From: Thermoplasmatota archaeon
GTDB taxonomy: Archaea; Thermoplasmatota; Penumbrarchaeia; Penumbrarchaeales; Penumbrarchaeaceae
NCBI GenBank assembly: GCA_025457865.1
Contig: JALOTP010000001.1
Location: forward strand, 96,457-160,456
Length of the DNA: 64,000 nucleotides
Reading direction: 5' to 3'
Part shown: one piece after another, positions 45,658 to 56,895 of the stretch
Position numbering within the stretch: the stretch's first letter is position 1
Layout of the letters: the number at the start of each line of letters is the position of its first letter
The notes under the pieces: model-generated
The model's database searches: none
What the model was told of the DNA's origin: nothing
What the model saw: only the letters and a program-made list of their open reading frames with translations
Program-made: the position numbers and the translations under genes

Positions 45658-48600
45658 ATGTTCAAGAGAGATCTACTGGTGGCAATAGCTATTCTTACTT
45701 TTTTGAGCGTACCATCTGTAACGTGTTACCCCCATTCATCTGGACCTGTAGGAACCCCTTGGACCATGGACGGTGACCTGGAGATGGACATGAACATCTC
45801 GGAAGCGTCTATGGCATCGTTCATTGGCGAAGGCGCTTGGGATTCTTCGGGTTTTTCCGTGTCAAGGGCAGGGGATGTGAACGGCGATGGGTTGGATGAT
45901 ATCATCATAGGTGCCCAACAGAATGGGGAGGGTGGCTCTGGTGCGGGTCAGACATACCTCTTCTTCGGAAGGGCGAGCGGTTGGGAGATGGATACGAACC
46001 TCAGCATGGCCGATGCCTCGTTCATTGGGGAGGATGATGGTGATGGTTCCGGCCATTGTGTGGTGGATGCCGGTGATGTGAACGATGATGGTTATGATGA
46101 TATCCTCATAGGTGCGAACCAGGATGAGGACGGCGGGAACGGGGCAGGTCAGACATACCTCGTTCTCGGTAGGGCGTCAGGATGGACAATGGACACCGAC
46201 CTGAGCTTGGCCGATGCCTCGTTCATAGGGGAGGATGATGGTGACAATTCCGGTCATACGGTGGATGGGGCGGGGGATGTGAACGGTGACGGGTTCGATG
46301 ACATACTCATAGGGGCCTATGGGGACGAAGATGGAGGCGGTGGAAACGCAGGTCAGACCTATTTGATATTGGGTAAAGCCTCGGGCTGGGCCATGGATAC
46401 TGACCTCAGCCAGTCCGATGCATCGTTCTGGGGTGAGGAAGGTGGGGATTGGTCGGCCTATTCGGTTGCGGGCGCCGGAGACGTGAACGGGGATGGTCTC
46501 GATGACATCCTTGCCGGAGCCTCCGACAATGATGCAGGAGGGAATGCCGCTGGCCAAGCCTATCTGATACTGGGAAAGGCCTCAGGTTGGGCGATGGATA
46601 CAGACCTATCAGCTTCCAGTGCATCCTTCTGGGGCGAGGAAAGCGTTGACTATTCAGGTATCACGGTATCAGGACCGGGAGATGTGAACGGTGATGGCTA
46701 TGACGATATCTTCATCGGGGGTTCGAACAATGATGAGGGGGGGGACAATTTCGGCCAATATTATCTGGTCCTGGGGAAGGCCTCTGGGTGGGCGATGGAC
46801 ACCGACCTGAGCCTCTCGGACGCTTCGTTCCGAGGAGAGTACAGTGGGAGTTGGACGGGGAGGCAGGTTTCCGGGGCAGGAGATGTGAACGGTGATGGGT
46901 TCTATGATATAATGGTAGCGGATTCCTATGCAAATGAGGGTAATTCCGGAGCAGGTCAGACCTATCTGATATATGGGAAGGCCTCAGGATGGTCGATGGA
47001 TCAAGACCTGAACGAGTCCGACGTCTCCTTCATAGGGGAGGACAACGGGGACCAATCTGGGTATTCCGCTCATGGTGCCGGAGACGTCAATGGGGATGGC
47101 AACGACGACATCCTTGTCGGGGCTCCCGGAGATGAGGAAGGCGGCCCGCAATCAGGTCAGACCTACCTAATCTCCATCGAAGGTTTCTCCGAACCATTGG
47201 CGGTCTATGACGTCACGGTCAGGAATGGAATGGGGGAATTGGTCCAGGCCGCCGATATAGGAGAATCAGTCATCATAGAGATTAAAGGTCTGGACAGGAA
47301 CGAATCACATATGGACAAGGCTAGGGTCAACGTTTCCTTCAGCTCCGGAAAACCCGCACAGATCACCGTTGGCCTGATAGAGACCGGTCTGGACACAGGA
47401 CTGTACCGCGGCATCTACAGGGTGAATGTGAACGCTGAATATTTCCAGAGTATCCATTTTTCGGCATATATAGCCCCATCTGAATACTACAATGTGAAGG
47501 TGGATTATCCCTATAGGCCCGATAATGTGGTATCACTGGGTGTCTATTCGAGCCTGACCAGTTCGACCTTGTTAGATAAGTTGGACCTGGGCCAGACAGT
47601 CTATATCAAATGCTCTGGAGAGGATTCGAACAAGTTGACCATAGATAAAGCGTTCGTTAACCTGACCTCGGACAAGAACACGACCTACCATTCCATGGTC
47701 GTCATGATGGAAACGGGGGCATCCACAGGAGTGTTCACCTCATCGTTCACCGTCCCTAGTACGATGGGTTATTTCGAGAACATAACAATGTCATCGGCAG
47801 AGACACCCTCTGTCACTGCGATGTTCATGGTCCATACGCCTGTCCAGCTAAGAGCTACAGGTCCGTTCCGAAAAGCCCAGGAAGATTTGGAGTACAGGGT
47901 GGGTTTCTACAATTTCGGTTATAGTACGGTGACCTGGACCCTGACCACTGATGCATATTGGCTGGAATGGGACGAGGTGGGACATGTGCTCGATGGAACA
48001 CCGAGGAACATCGACGTTGGGGCTGACATCTGGAAGGTCATGGTCCGAATATCGGACGATCAAAGCCGCAGTCATGAGCTGTTGTACAACATCACTGTGA
48101 AGAATACGGACCCGTCGATACTCACAGAGCCTATGACCGAATGCATAGAGTACGATCCGTACCACCTTGACCTGGATTCCAGCGATGATGAGGGCGGTGA
48201 GACCACCTGGTATCTCAACACTGATGCAGAGTTCCTGAGCATTGAGAAGGATACAGGTATCTTGAAAGGAAACCCGATAGGTGTGGATATCGGGGAATAT
48301 CTAGTCAATGTCCAGGTAAGGGACGGGAAAGGAGGGACCGGTAATCTGATCTATGACCTGACGGTGGTCGGGAGGAACGATGGACCCCAGATCACAACCA
48401 CCGACATCAAGCAGGTCGAACAGGACACACCCTTCCGAAGGGATTACGAGGTCTTCGACCCTGATGAGGGGGATTCCCATCACTGGACGCTTAGGACCGA
48501 TGCGGATTGGTTGAGCATGGAGAACGATACTGGAGTTTTGTTCGGGACACCAAATGGTTATGACGTTGGAGACTGCTTCATTAATATCACTGTCACTGAC

Positions 48601-49929
48601 GAGGGAGGGTTGAGCGACTATCGTCAGCTAACGTTCAAGGTCATCGATCTAAAGGATAGACCTGTGTTCGATTCATTGCCCGAGGATGTCGAACTGCTGC
48701 ATGGGAGACGATACAACTTCGATATGAACGCATCCGATCCGGATAAGGATACTATATTGGTATACTCTATCTCAACCGAACCCATCAGCGATATGGCAAT
48801 AGACTCAAGGACCGGAGAGGTCAATTGGATCGCATCCTTCAGGTCCATGCCAGTAACCGGGGATGGAATGGTGGTTCGGGTGAAGGTGTCCGATGGTGAA
48901 CTGTTCTCGGTCCATGAGTTCATGGTCAATGTCATACCGACAAGATCCCCCATCGCTCAGCTCTTATCCCCCGTCATAGGGACAAGGACCCTATCAGGAT
49001 ATTCATTGCTCGAATGGTCGGGGTCCGATCCCGAGAACGAACCTTTGACCTATACGCTCTACTTGGCGGACAGCAATGCCTACCTATCAGCCAGGAGGGT
49101 TGAGGATATCAAGGCTGAAAGGATCCAAGATGACCATATCAACCTGACCGGACTGATCCAGGGCAAGACCTATTACTGGTCGGTAGTCCCGGACGACGGA
49201 TGCACTCAGGGGACCTGCTCAAACGGTATCTTCAACTTCAGGGTCAACAGCAGGCCCGCTCTGATAGATGTGAAGGACCAGACTATTGAGGTCGATATGA
49301 TGTTCAGGTCCAAGCTATCAGGTAGTGATGACGACCAGGATGATGCCGTAAGGTACGAACTTGTCGATGGACCGTCCGGATTGACCGTAAAGGCCGAGAC
49401 CGGGATGATCGAATGGACCCCGGGGTCAGATCAGGTCGGGACCCATACGGTCACTATACGAGCGACAGATGGGTATGAGTGGACGAAGATAGACTTCGAA
49501 ATTAAAGTTGTGGAGAAATCTGGACCGAACCTTGGATTGATATTGGGCGCGTTAATAGTAATTCTGATAATTGTCATCATAGCTCTGGTCCTTTTCATCG
49601 TTGTTTTCAGGAAGCGACCCTCTGAGGAGGAAGTGGTGGTCGAGGAGGAAGATGAGGAATCGAAGAGGATACGCGAAGAATTGGTGCAGCTTCGTAGCGA
49701 GAAGGATTGGGAGTCGGCCCATTCAAAGCCGTCCGATCAGGTTGTGGCTTCGGTGCCCTCCTCTGTTACAGAGGCCCATGCCAATGATAGGACATTGAGG
49801 AAGATGAGCTATGAGGACCTCTATGGACAGCCCGCACCTGACAAGAGCGAGGAACTTACTACAGAGGAGCTGAAGGGAGAGCTCAAGAAGCTGACCGAAG
49901 AGCTGAAGGGCTCAATGGTCGAGGAATGA
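45658..49929 (+). CDS. integrin-alpha-like FG-GAP propeller + cadherin/He_PIG-like Ig stalk, single-pass surface protein (copy 1)
   Basis: Signal peptide, seven (A/P)GDVNxDG blades, Ig repeats (WL..E..TG.L.GTP), an FN3-like GKTYYW.V.P, TM and a cytoplasmic tail. Confidence 0.9.
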   Translation: MFKRDLLVAIAILTFLSVPSVTCYPHSSGPVGTPWTMDGDLEMDMNISEASMASFIGEGAWDSSGFSVSRAGDVNGDGLDDIIIGAQQNGEGGSGAGQTYLFFGRASGWEMDTNLSMADASFIGEDDGDGSGHCVVDAGDVNDDGYDDILIGANQDEDGGNGAGQTYLVLGRASGWTMDTDLSLADASFIGEDDGDNSGHTVDGAGDVNGDGFDDILIGAYGDEDGGGGNAGQTYLILGKASGWAMDTDLSQSDASFWGEEGGDWSAYSVAGAGDVNGDGLDDILAGASDNDAGGNAAGQAYLILGKASGWAMDTDLSASSASFWGEESVDYSGITVSGPGDVNGDGYDDIFIGGSNNDEGGDNFGQYYLVLGKASGWAMDTDLSLSDASFRGEYSGSWTGRQVSGAGDVNGDGFYDIMVADSYANEGNSGAGQTYLIYGKASGWSMDQDLNESDVSFIGEDNGDQSGYSAHGAGDVNGDGNDDILVGAPGDEEGGPQSGQTYLISIEGFSEPLAVYDVTVRNGMGELVQAADIGESVIIEIKGLDRNESHMDKARVNVSFSSGKPAQITVGLIETGLDTGLYRGIYRVNVNAEYFQSIHFSAYIAPSEYYNVKVDYPYRPDNVVSLGVYSSLTSSTLLDKLDLGQTVYIKCSGEDSNKLTIDKAFVNLTSDKNTTYHSMVVMMETGASTGVFTSSFTVPSTMGYFENITMSSAETPSVTAMFMVHTPVQLRATGPFRKAQEDLEYRVGFYNFGYSTVTWTLTTDAYWLEWDEVGHVLDGTPRNIDVGADIWKVMVRISDDQSRSHELLYNITVKNTDPSILTEPMTECIEYDPYHLDLDSSDDEGGETTWYLNTDAEFLSIEKDTGILKGNPIGVDIGEYLVNVQVRDGKGGTGNLIYDLTVVGRNDGPQITTTDIKQVEQDTPFRRDYEVFDPDEGDSHHWTLRTDADWLSMENDTGVLFGTPNGYDVGDCFINITVTDEGGLSDYRQLTFKVIDLKDRPVFDSLPEDVELLHGRRYNFDMNASDPDKDTILVYSISTEPISDMAIDSRTGEVNWIASFRSMPVTGDGMVVRVKVSDGELFSVHEFMVNVIPTRSPIAQLLSPVIGTRTLSGYSLLEWSGSDPENEPLTYTLYLADSNAYLSARRVEDIKAERIQDDHINLTGLIQGKTYYWSVVPDDGCTQGTCSNGIFNFRVNSRPALIDVKDQTIEVDMMFRSKLSGSDDDQDDAVRYELVDGPSGLTVKAETGMIEWTPGSDQVGTHTVTIRATDGYEWTKIDFEIKVVEKSGPNLGLILGALIVILIIVIIALVLFIVVFRKRPSEEEVVVEEEDEESKRIREELVQLRSEKDWESAHSKPSDQVVASVPSSVTEAHANDRTLRKMSYEDLYGQPAPDKSEELTTEELKGELKKLTEELKGSMVEE

Positions 49930-50066
49930 CAGGACCTCGGGTCGACCTTAACAAGGGCGATTGGAATGGGGTCAGGACCAAATAGGTCGAAAAAACCCTC
50001 TCGAGAACTTTAAAAAAGGAAGCACACATCTAGGCTCTACCTAATAGTGCACGGGGTGTAGCTCAG

Positions 50067-53000
50067 ATGAGTTCGAAAGTGAACATGGTGCTAGTTGCCA
50101 GCGTGGTCCTTTTAATGGCCCTTTTCCCCACCGTCATCTCGGACGGCAGCGGACCAGGACCAGTTCCGGGCCCCAGGGGTGACCTTTCCAAGAACATGGA
50201 CCTCAAAGACGCTGCTTTCGCATCTTTCCTTGGAGAGAGGCCCAACAGCAGGTCCGGGACCTCGGTCGCAGGATTGGGTGATGTTAACGGTGACGGTATC
50301 GATGATATCATCATAGGCGCCAGTGACGACAATGAGTGGGGTATGCTATCTGGACAGGCTTACCTTTTCCTGGGAGGCCCTTTCGGATTGAAGAGAGGGT
50401 TGAGCCTATCAGAGGCAGATGCGTCCTTCTACGGCAATCAAGATGGATTGGCCGGGTTTTCGGTTGCCGGGGCAGGGGATGTCAACAATGACGGCTTGAA
50501 CGATATCCTAATCGGTTCTTACAACGACCCGGACGGAGCGTTGCAGGCAGGGAAGGCGTATCTCATCTTCGGTAAGAGGACAGGCTGGGAGATGGACACA
50601 TCCCTATCCAGCGCCAGTGCGAGCTTCATGGGGACCATGCCCCACATGCAGTGCGGTTTCTCCGTTGCGGGGGCAGGGGACGTAAATAAGGACGGGTTCG
50701 ATGATATCCTCATCGGAAGCAAGCTTGGCCGCGTCTATCTCTTCTTCGGAAAAGCGTCCGGTTGGACACAGAACAGGCAGCTCCCCACAGCCGATGTCAG
50801 TTTCACCGAGGAAGGACCTGTAGAAGGGATAGGGGATTCAGTGGCCGGAGCGGGCGATGTCAATGGGGATGGTTATGAAGATATTTTGCTGGGTGCCCCC
50901 CTTAACGATGAGAACGCTCCCGATTCAGGTCAGACCTATCTCATCCTTGGCAGGTCCGGACCATGGCTCCCGGACGTCCTGCTGACCAATGCCGACGCAT
51001 CGTTCCTGGGCGAGAGCGAGAACGACCGCTCCGGCATCAGCATCGCCGGGGGAGGCGACGTGGACGGCGACGGTTATGACGATATCGTCATAGGTGCCGA
51101 CGGCCACAGCCAGGTCGCGATGCATGGAGGGAAGTCCTACATCATATTCGGAAGGTCTAGCGGATGGTCCATGGACACAAGGCTCTCCGGTCCCGTTGTG
51201 TCGTTCATGGGAGATGACGAAGGGGACCAGATAGGGAACCCCCTCTCATCTGCCGGGGACCTCAACATGGACGGCCTGGACGATATATTGATATCCTCTC
51301 CCTTCAACGGGGAGAACGGGGTCCAATCCGGAAAGGTCCATCTTATCTTCGGTCGGAGGACCGGTTGGGGCGTAAACGTATCTATCTCAAAGGCCAATGC
51401 ATCGTTCATGGGGGAGACCGGAGGGGACAATGCGGGCTCATCCTTAGCGGCCGCTGGGGATGTCGATGGGGACGGATTGAACGAGATCGTACTGGGGGCC
51501 AAGCACCGTTCCGAGGGGGAGAACCTCGCCGGAAAGACATACCTTGTCAAGGGACCTGCGGGGACCGAACCATTGTCGGTCCAATCCATAAGCGTGTTCT
51601 CCGGAGGCTTCGGACTTAAAGCGGGCAGGTTCGACAAGGGTGACAGGGCATTCATAGAGATGAAGGGGGTCGATGGGAACCTGACGCATACTGACCATGT
51701 CAGGGTCATAGTGGGCTTCAGCAGGACCTATGCGGGGACCATCGATATCTTTCTCAAGGAGACGGGACCGAACACAGGTGTTTACAGGGGCTCCTTCCAT
51801 GTCCCGACAACGACCGAATATTTCGAGACCATAACGTTCTATGCGGCCAAGGACCCGTTGAAATATGCCAGGATAGTGGTGGACTATCCGTACAGACCCT
51901 CCAGCGTCACTGCGATAGGGGTCTACTCGAGCCCGACAGGTCTAACACCCCTTGACAAGCTCGACTACGGCCAGACGGTCTATTTCAGAAGCGTCGGGGT
52001 CGATTCGAACACGTCTCGGGTCGATAAGGCGTTCGTGAACATGAGTTCCGACAAGAACGCAAGCTACCTACCAATGCTGGTCCTGACCGAGACCGGTGCA
52101 TCGACAGGGACCTTCGTGGTGCAGTTCAAGGTCCCATCGACCATGCAGTGGTTCGAGAACATCACCCTCACCTCGGTCGAGACGGCGGCGAAGAAAGCGA
52201 AGTTCATGGTCCATACCCCCGTCCAGGTCAGGGCCGCTGGACCTTACAAGGACGCAGTGGAGGATTCTGAGTACAGGGTGTCATTCTATAACTTCGGATA
52301 CAATCCGGTCATATGGACCGCTACTAAGAACGCTTACTGGCTCAACTGGAACGATAAGAAGCTGGAGCTCTACGGTACCCCCCGCAACAACGACGTGGGG
52401 GACAGCGATTGGGAGGTCCTTGTGACCATAGAGGACGAGTTCGAGCACAGGAGCAGTCTCGAGTACGTCCTAAGGGTCATCAATACCCCACCCGAGATAC
52501 TCACACCACCGGTGACCGAATGGTACGAGAACAGGCCATATCTGGTGGATTTCAACTGCGATGACGACGGTCAGGGTTCCATGACCTGGACCTTGAGCAC
52601 CATTGCACCGTTCCTCAAGATCGACAAGACCTCCGGTGTCCTGAGCGGCACCCCTATTGTGGGGGATTCCGGGTCCTATGTTGTGACGGTACAGGTCCAC
52701 GACGGTCATGGCGGCATCGATGAGGTCCGTTACAACCTGACCATAGAGGATGAGAACGACCCGCCCCAGATAACGACCACGGACATCAAACAGGTGGAGC
52801 AGGACACCCCTTTCAGACGGGACTACGATGTCTATGACCCTGACCAGAACGACATCCATAACTGGACGCTAAGGACCGATGCGGAATGGTTGGGGATCGA
52901 GAACGGTACAGGCGTACTTTTCGGTACACCCGACGGGTACGACGTCGGCGACTGGATTGTGAACATCACCGTAACCGACCAGGGAGGTTTGAGCGACAGT

Positions 53001-54353
53001 CAGGAGTTCACGCTGAAGGTCCTGGATATAGAGGACGCACCGAAGTTCATAGATGTACCGAGGAACAAGGAGCTCCCCCACGGGACAGAACTCTACTTCG
53101 ATGTGAACGCAACCGACTATGACAAAGACGACAAGGTGGCCTACAGCGTCATGACCGAGCCTTCGAGCAATATGCTGATAGACCCAACGACCGGCGATCT
53201 GAGATGGACCGCGAGCTATCGCTCGATGCCGCAGAACGAGGTGGGTATGAAGGTCACATTGAGAGCTACCGACGGGCAGCTCACCACTTCTTACGAATTC
53301 TTCGTGAAGGTGACCCCGACGCTCTCCCCATACAGCCAGCTCGTGTCACCGGCCAAAGGGGCCAGGACAGCTCAGGATAAGACCATACTGCATTGGGGGG
53401 GGACCGACCCTGAGGACGACCCGCTGATCTACATACTCTACCTTGCGGACACGGAGGCCTATATAACATCGAAGAGCCCCGATAGTATGGTCTCATCCAC
53501 CATCACGGGAACGACCTATGAGTTAACAAGGCTCACGCCTGGCAAGACCTATTACTGGACCGTCATACCTGACGATACTTGCACCTACGGTACCTGTACG
53601 AACGGTGTGTTCAGCTTCAGGGTGAACAACAGGCCTGTCCTTGAGACCGTCAAGGACCAGTTCACTGCTGAAGGGGATGAGTTCCTCTACAAGCTGATGG
53701 GCAGCGATGGCGACCAGGACGACAAGTTGGTCTATGCCCTGGAGAAGGGTCCGTCGGGTATGACCCTGAGGGATTCCACGGGTATGCTCGTCTGGACACC
53801 AAAGAGCGGACAGGCCGGTACCCATACGGTGAAGGTCAATGTCACCGACGGATATGAGATAATGATGGTCCAGTTCAGGATCGTGGTTTCGGAGAAGGAA
53901 GGACCCAACATTGGCCTTCTGATAGGTATCGCGCTTGGGGTCATAGTTCTCATCATCGCCGCACTCCTCCTCTTTTTCCTCGTGATCAAAAAGAAGGGAG
54001 AGGAGGAAGGAGGGGAGGTCAAGGAGGAAGAGGACGAGGAGACCAAGCAGCTGAGGGAGGAGCTCGAGCAGAAGGAGAGAGAGACGGGGTGGACGGAAGG
54101 GGGAGCGAAGCCTCCCGGAGAACAGCGGACCATCACCTCTGTCCCATCATCCATCGCCGAGGCACATGCCCAGGACAAGACATTGAAGAAGATGGGCTAC
54201 GAGGAGCTCTACGGACAGCCTGCACCCGATAAGGACGAGGAGCTGACCACGGAGGAACTGAAGGACGAGCTCGAGAAGCTCGCAGAGCAGCTCCGGAACG
54301 CAGGGACCGAGGACGCATCCATAGACCTCGGTGAGGAAGAGAACGGGACTTGA
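50067..54353 (+). CDS. integrin-alpha-like FG-GAP propeller + cadherin/He_PIG-like Ig stalk, single-pass surface protein (copy 2, tandem paralog)
   Basis: Same architecture and collinear with copy 1, e.g. PQITTTDIKQVEQDTPFRRDY is identical. Confidence 0.9.
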   Translation: MSSKVNMVLVASVVLLMALFPTVISDGSGPGPVPGPRGDLSKNMDLKDAAFASFLGERPNSRSGTSVAGLGDVNGDGIDDIIIGASDDNEWGMLSGQAYLFLGGPFGLKRGLSLSEADASFYGNQDGLAGFSVAGAGDVNNDGLNDILIGSYNDPDGALQAGKAYLIFGKRTGWEMDTSLSSASASFMGTMPHMQCGFSVAGAGDVNKDGFDDILIGSKLGRVYLFFGKASGWTQNRQLPTADVSFTEEGPVEGIGDSVAGAGDVNGDGYEDILLGAPLNDENAPDSGQTYLILGRSGPWLPDVLLTNADASFLGESENDRSGISIAGGGDVDGDGYDDIVIGADGHSQVAMHGGKSYIIFGRSSGWSMDTRLSGPVVSFMGDDEGDQIGNPLSSAGDLNMDGLDDILISSPFNGENGVQSGKVHLIFGRRTGWGVNVSISKANASFMGETGGDNAGSSLAAAGDVDGDGLNEIVLGAKHRSEGENLAGKTYLVKGPAGTEPLSVQSISVFSGGFGLKAGRFDKGDRAFIEMKGVDGNLTHTDHVRVIVGFSRTYAGTIDIFLKETGPNTGVYRGSFHVPTTTEYFETITFYAAKDPLKYARIVVDYPYRPSSVTAIGVYSSPTGLTPLDKLDYGQTVYFRSVGVDSNTSRVDKAFVNMSSDKNASYLPMLVLTETGASTGTFVVQFKVPSTMQWFENITLTSVETAAKKAKFMVHTPVQVRAAGPYKDAVEDSEYRVSFYNFGYNPVIWTATKNAYWLNWNDKKLELYGTPRNNDVGDSDWEVLVTIEDEFEHRSSLEYVLRVINTPPEILTPPVTEWYENRPYLVDFNCDDDGQGSMTWTLSTIAPFLKIDKTSGVLSGTPIVGDSGSYVVTVQVHDGHGGIDEVRYNLTIEDENDPPQITTTDIKQVEQDTPFRRDYDVYDPDQNDIHNWTLRTDAEWLGIENGTGVLFGTPDGYDVGDWIVNITVTDQGGLSDSQEFTLKVLDIEDAPKFIDVPRNKELPHGTELYFDVNATDYDKDDKVAYSVMTEPSSNMLIDPTTGDLRWTASYRSMPQNEVGMKVTLRATDGQLTTSYEFFVKVTPTLSPYSQLVSPAKGARTAQDKTILHWGGTDPEDDPLIYILYLADTEAYITSKSPDSMVSSTITGTTYELTRLTPGKTYYWTVIPDDTCTYGTCTNGVFSFRVNNRPVLETVKDQFTAEGDEFLYKLMGSDGDQDDKLVYALEKGPSGMTLRDSTGMLVWTPKSGQAGTHTVKVNVTDGYEIMMVQFRIVVSEKEGPNIGLLIGIALGVIVLIIAALLLFFLVIKKKGEEEGGEVKEEEDEETKQLREELEQKERETGWTEGGAKPPGEQRTITSVPSSIAEAHAQDKTLKKMGYEELYGQPAPDKDEELTTEELKDELEKLAEQLRNAGTEDASIDLGEEENGT

Positions 54354-54429
54354 GGTGATTTTTAAGGGTCAGGTGCCTTGGATGGCCATGTAAGAATAGC
54401 TACGATTATGATGACCACGATTATACATT

Positions 54430-56895
54430 CTATCCCATGCTCCTTTCCCTGATGACGTTCGCTATGTTTATCCTCGAAATGTACCTGAGGGTCATCAGCG
54501 AGACTAAGATGACCACACCGAGGATCATGATGGAGCCAAGGAAGAAACCCAGGTTCGAGAACCTTATGGTCAGGTTGAAGGCCTCATAGTCGTCCCCCGT
54601 CATCCTCAGCATCAGGTTCGCAAAGATGAAGCCGAACAGGACACCAAGGGTCATGCCTGAGACTATCACGAACAAGGCCTCCAGGGATATGAGCCTGGAT
54701 ACCTTCGTCATGGTCGCTCCGAGGGTCTTCATGGTAGCATAGTCCCTCTCCTTCTCCTCTGCGCTTATCTTGAACATCGTATATACTATCGCCCCGGCAA
54801 GGGCGGTACTGACGAGCCCGAGGATCGATATGGAGGAGACGAAGAGGTCGAAGTACTGGTCCAGCATGCCCTTCCTCTCATCGATGTTGGTCACGGAGGA
54901 GACGCCGCTCGTCGTTATCAATGCGTTCTCGAGGGGAACGTTCCTATCTTGCGGATCGGTCCTGATGTGGACCAGGTTCGCCATACCCTCTAGACCGGTG
55001 AGTGTCTGGATGGTCTGAAGGTCCGAGAAACAGTAGGGGCCGAAATGGTTCCCCTGGATTCCGGAGACCTCAAGCTGCATCCTCTCCATCCGGAGCCCTA
55101 TGACAGGGTCAACGACCGGGAGCATGACCTCAACACTATCGCCCACAGAGAGCGACAGCTTATCTGCTTGAAGGCTGGAGATGACGAGCTTTCCGGGTAT
55201 GAAGGAGCCTCTGTCCATCTCGAACTTGAAAGATAGCAGAGGGTCCCTCATGGCGTAGAGGACGCTGCCCTCCTCATCCCCCGAAGGCCCTAACTGGGTG
55301 GGGATGAACATCCCAGGGTTCACCGATGCTATGTCCCTGTGCTCCTCGGTCCATACCTCTGTGGAGTTCGCAGTAACGAACCTGTCCATCTGGACCTCGT
55401 AGGTCCAAAGGTTCCCCTCGGTCGTAGTATCCAGGACGACAGTGAAGACCTCAAGGACCATGATTATCGAGAGGAACAGTCCCAATGATATCCCGACACC
55501 GAGGGCTGTCGATATCGACCTGCCAGGTTTCCTTAAGATGTTCCTTGCCGTCAGTTTTATGGATACCGGTATGGTGCTCGATCTGCCTATGCTCCCAGAG
55601 AGCTTCCCGACCCGCTTCTTGGAGAGCCCCTCCCTAGATTGGATGACATCTATGGGTCTGACCCTCAGAGCGAAGAAGGCGGGAATGACCGTACAAGCCC
55701 AGCAGAGCAGCAGTGCTATGGCCAATCCGAGAACGTAGTAGGACCAGGTAGTACCGTATTCCATGAGGGGAAAGTCCAGGAGCGAATCAAGGAGCGATAT
55801 GAAAGCTCTGTTCAACGGGATCGACAGGAGCCATCCCATGAATGTCCCGAGGACCGCCACGATGGTGCCTATGGTCCCGAAATAGATGAGTACCGCCCTG
55901 TCCGGGATACCGAGCGCCTTGAACACACCTATCTGCGGTCTGTGCGTCCTTATCATCCTCCTTAGCGCCATGACCAATCCGAAGGCGGAGACGCCCCATA
56001 TGATGATGGGGAAGATGCCCATGCCCTGCTTGTCGTTCTCGTAATCGTTGATGAGGAAGTACCTGGAGGGGTTGTCGTCCCCCTTCGTTATCTTGACCGG
56101 GATGCCCTTGGACTCGAAAGCGGTCCTTAGGAGTTCCTTTACCCCGTCGATATCGCTCTTGTCCTTGAGGGTCAGGACCAGGTCATTGAAGAGAGGCTCG
56201 GTCCCGTTGTCGAAAAAAAGACCCATGGCCGTAACCAGGGGTACGCAGATGACCCCGAAGGAACGCTCCTCGGGCAAAATGGAACCTTCCCTCACGACAT
56301 AGAAATACTCCGGGACGGCCGTCTGCTCCAGGACCGTCAGCTCCATGGCCCTTAACCCCTTGATGACCGTTATCGAGCTCCCCTTGGTCAGATCGTATGC
56401 CTTTGAGTATTTCCTCTCGAGATAGCATTCGTTATTGACCTCATTTGAGAATGCGGGGACATCGTCGACGTAGTAGAGCGGTCTGTTGACCGTCTGACCG
56501 TTCAGATCGGTCCTGCCATCCTTCAGTTCATAGCCCATGATGAGGCCCTTTGTGGTCCTGGTGACATCTCCGTCCGTGTGGTTTATGAAGACCTCGAAGG
56601 AGAGCCTCGCCTCAAGGTCCTCTATCATACCGTTCAGGGACGGCGATCCCATCAGGTCCTCTATGAAGGACCGATTGACCGCTGCCCCGTACTGCAGCTG
56701 GACCTGCATGTCCATGAAAAGGCTCTCTGAATAGATGGCATCAAGGGAATCCCCCCTGAGCCTTGAGAAATCGTTGAAGGAGGAATATGCTGCCACGCCC
56801 AGGCCTATGACCAGGGCAAGGAGGAAGTACTGGACCTTGTGGGCCCAAACCTCCCGCAGCCCTTTCTTCAGGAAGGTCTTTTTCATGTTCACCAC
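54430..56895 (-). CDS. ABC transporter permease (FtsX/MacB-type, two FtsX domains)
   Basis: RPQIGVFKALG and ERDYATMKTLGA FtsX motifs, with large extracytoplasmic loops. Confidence 0.9.
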   Translation of the reverse strand: MVNMKKTFLKKGLREVWAHKVQYFLLALVIGLGVAAYSSFNDFSRLRGDSLDAIYSESLFMDMQVQLQYGAAVNRSFIEDLMGSPSLNGMIEDLEARLSFEVFINHTDGDVTRTTKGLIMGYELKDGRTDLNGQTVNRPLYYVDDVPAFSNEVNNECYLERKYSKAYDLTKGSSITVIKGLRAMELTVLEQTAVPEYFYVVREGSILPEERSFGVICVPLVTAMGLFFDNGTEPLFNDLVLTLKDKSDIDGVKELLRTAFESKGIPVKITKGDDNPSRYFLINDYENDKQGMGIFPIIIWGVSAFGLVMALRRMIRTHRPQIGVFKALGIPDRAVLIYFGTIGTIVAVLGTFMGWLLSIPLNRAFISLLDSLLDFPLMEYGTTWSYYVLGLAIALLLCWACTVIPAFFALRVRPIDVIQSREGLSKKRVGKLSGSIGRSSTIPVSIKLTARNILRKPGRSISTALGVGISLGLFLSIIMVLEVFTVVLDTTTEGNLWTYEVQMDRFVTANSTEVWTEEHRDIASVNPGMFIPTQLGPSGDEEGSVLYAMRDPLLSFKFEMDRGSFIPGKLVISSLQADKLSLSVGDSVEVMLPVVDPVIGLRMERMQLEVSGIQGNHFGPYCFSDLQTIQTLTGLEGMANLVHIRTDPQDRNVPLENALITTSGVSSVTNIDERKGMLDQYFDLFVSSISILGLVSTALAGAIVYTMFKISAEEKERDYATMKTLGATMTKVSRLISLEALFVIVSGMTLGVLFGFIFANLMLRMTGDDYEAFNLTIRFSNLGFFLGSIMILGVVILVSLMTLRYISRINIANVIRERSMG

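Noticed and set aside
45780-51560. Regularly spaced DNA repeats resembling an array
   Set aside because: They are degenerate, in-frame FG-GAP coding repeats, not CRISPR repeats or a DGR template/variable pair.
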